Shown here: positions 31,049 to 32,000 of the stretch, one piece after another
Layout: the number at the start of each line of letters is the position of its first letter
How positions within the stretch are numbered: position 1 is the stretch's first letter
NCBI GenBank assembly: GCA_001029695.1
Contig: CP011211.1
Span: 810,001-842,000 of the forward strand
Length of the DNA stretch: 32,000 nt
Source: Candidatus Saccharimonadota bacterium
GTDB taxonomy: Bacteria > Patescibacteriota > Saccharimonadia > Saccharimonadales > Saccharimonadaceae
Reading direction: 5' to 3'
The notes under the pieces: generated by a model
The model's database searches: none
What the model was told of the DNA's origin: nothing
What the model saw: only the letters and a program-made list of their open reading frames with translations
Program-made: the position numbers and the translations under genes

Positions 31049-32000
31049 ATGGCTAAGCAAAAAGATGATGGCTCGTATGATGGGTCACAGATTCAAGTTC
31101 TAGAGGGTCTAGAGCCGGTTCGTAAGCGTCCTGGTATGTATATTGGTAGCACCGGCTACGACGGTGTGCATCACCTTATAAAAGAGATCGCAGATAATTC
31201 AATAGACGAAGCGATCGCAGGATTTGCGACAAAAATCGATGTAATTATTAGAGAAGACGGTGGTCTTACTGTAGTTGATGACGGTCGCGGTATTCCAGTC
31301 GATAAACATGAGAAGACGGGCCTTAGTACACTCGAGACGGTATTAACAGTGCTACATGCCGGAGGTAAGTTTGGCGGTGGTGGCTATAAAGTTTCATCTG
31401 GACTTCACGGTGTTGGCTCAAGTGTAGTGAATGCGCTCTCTACGACGATGATTGCTGAGGTGGTCCAAAAGGGTGAGCTTTATCGTATTGAATTTGAACG
31501 GGGCGCAACAAAATCTCCATTGAAAAAGATAGGTAAGACTGATCGACCGACTGGAACGACAATTACATTTTACCCAGACCCAACGATCTTTAAAGAAACG
31601 GTTGAGTTTGATTATAAGTGGGTTGTTAACTATTTGCGCCATCAAGCATATCTAACGAAGGGTATCTATGTGGCGGTACGTGATGAGCGTACGAAAGATC
31701 GAGCTGCATTTTACTTTGAAGGTGGTATTCAGAGCTATGTGAAGCATCTAAATATCGGTAAAGATGTTGTCAGCGACAGTGTATTCTATGTCGAACGTCA
31801 GGTAGAGGATTCGATGGTCGAGGTGGCAATTCAATACAACGATACATTTGTTGAGACAGTGAAGCCATTTGCAAACAACGTCCTTACTCCTGATGGCGGA
31901 ACGCACTTGATCGGCTTTAGGTCGGCAATGACGCGCGTCATTAATGACTATGCGCGAAAAAGCAGCCTCCTAAAAGAAAAAGAGGATAATCTCAGTGGCG
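31049..32000 (+). CDS. gyrB: DNA gyrase subunit B (5' part; continues beyond the window)
   Basis: Hand translation gives MAKQKDDGSYDGSQIQVLEGLEPVRKRPGMYIGSTGYDGVHHLIKEIADNSIDEAIAG..., the GHKL ATPase N-terminus of GyrB. There is no stop before 32000, which explains its absence from the ORF track. Confidence 0.93.
   Translation, partial: MAKQKDDGSYDGSQIQVLEGLEPVRKRPGMYIGSTGYDGVHHLIKEIADNSIDEAIAGFATKIDVIIREDGGLTVVDDGRGIPVDKHEKTGLSTLETVLTVLHAGGKFGGGGYKVSSGLHGVGSSVVNALSTTMIAEVVQKGELYRIEFERGATKSPLKKIGKTDRPTGTTITFYPDPTIFKETVEFDYKWVVNYLRHQAYLTKGIYVAVRDERTKDRAAFYFEGGIQSYVKHLNIGKDVVSDSVFYVERQVEDSMVEVAIQYNDTFVETVKPFANNVLTPDGGTHLIGFRSAMTRVINDYARKSSLLKEKEDNLSG

Noticed and set aside
1-32000. Alternative genetic code (UGA recoding, as in some CPR lineages)
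   Set aside because: All recognisable genes are full length under the standard code. TGA is used as a genuine stop, for example at 2548-2550 and 25570-25572.
1-32000. CRISPR arrays, IS elements, prophage genes
   Set aside because: The only repeats are two-copy tandem duplications (42, 24 and 32 bp) and short palindromes. I saw no transposase, integrase or Cas-like ORF.

Overview
This 32-kb chromosomal segment looks like it comes from a small-genome bacterium with a Gram-positive-type envelope. Everything was read by eye, with no database search. It uses the standard genetic code; TGA acts as a stop, for example at 2548-2550.

Housekeeping genes recognised: uppP, ndk, Fe/Mn SOD, thrS (no TGS domain), an alkyltransferase-like protein, miaA, rpmB, infC-rpmI-rplT, comM/yifB, gyrB (runs off the 3' edge), a family-2 glycosyltransferase, an M50 protease, and Nudix and HD hydrolases.

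RNA genes: four tRNAs (Arg-CCU, Asp-GUC, Thr-CGU, Val-GAC), RNase P RNA, tmRNA, and a T-box leader in front of thrS.

The style resembles a Saccharibacteria/CPR-like organism: short intergenic regions, recurrent extended -10 promoters (TGnTATAAT), several apparently leaderless genes, an LPXTG protein and Pro/Thr-linker surface proteins. That attribution is inference only.

Most interesting parts:
- A tandem pair of paralogous cohesin-like/FN3-like type-I membrane surface proteins (4949-8411).
- The ssrA-to-gyrB block (23.5-30.9 kb), made only of unknown envelope proteins. It centres on an orphan VirD4/TraD-like membrane ATPase with no other T4SS or conjugation genes in view.
- Two unassigned, strongly self-complementary intergenic RNAs (18819-18972 and 24830-24934).
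- A perfect 32-bp tandem duplication carrying an extended -10 box across a stop codon (29684-29747).
- An NrdR homolog that has lost all four zinc-ribbon cysteines.

No CRISPR array, transposase, integrase or prophage genes were seen.
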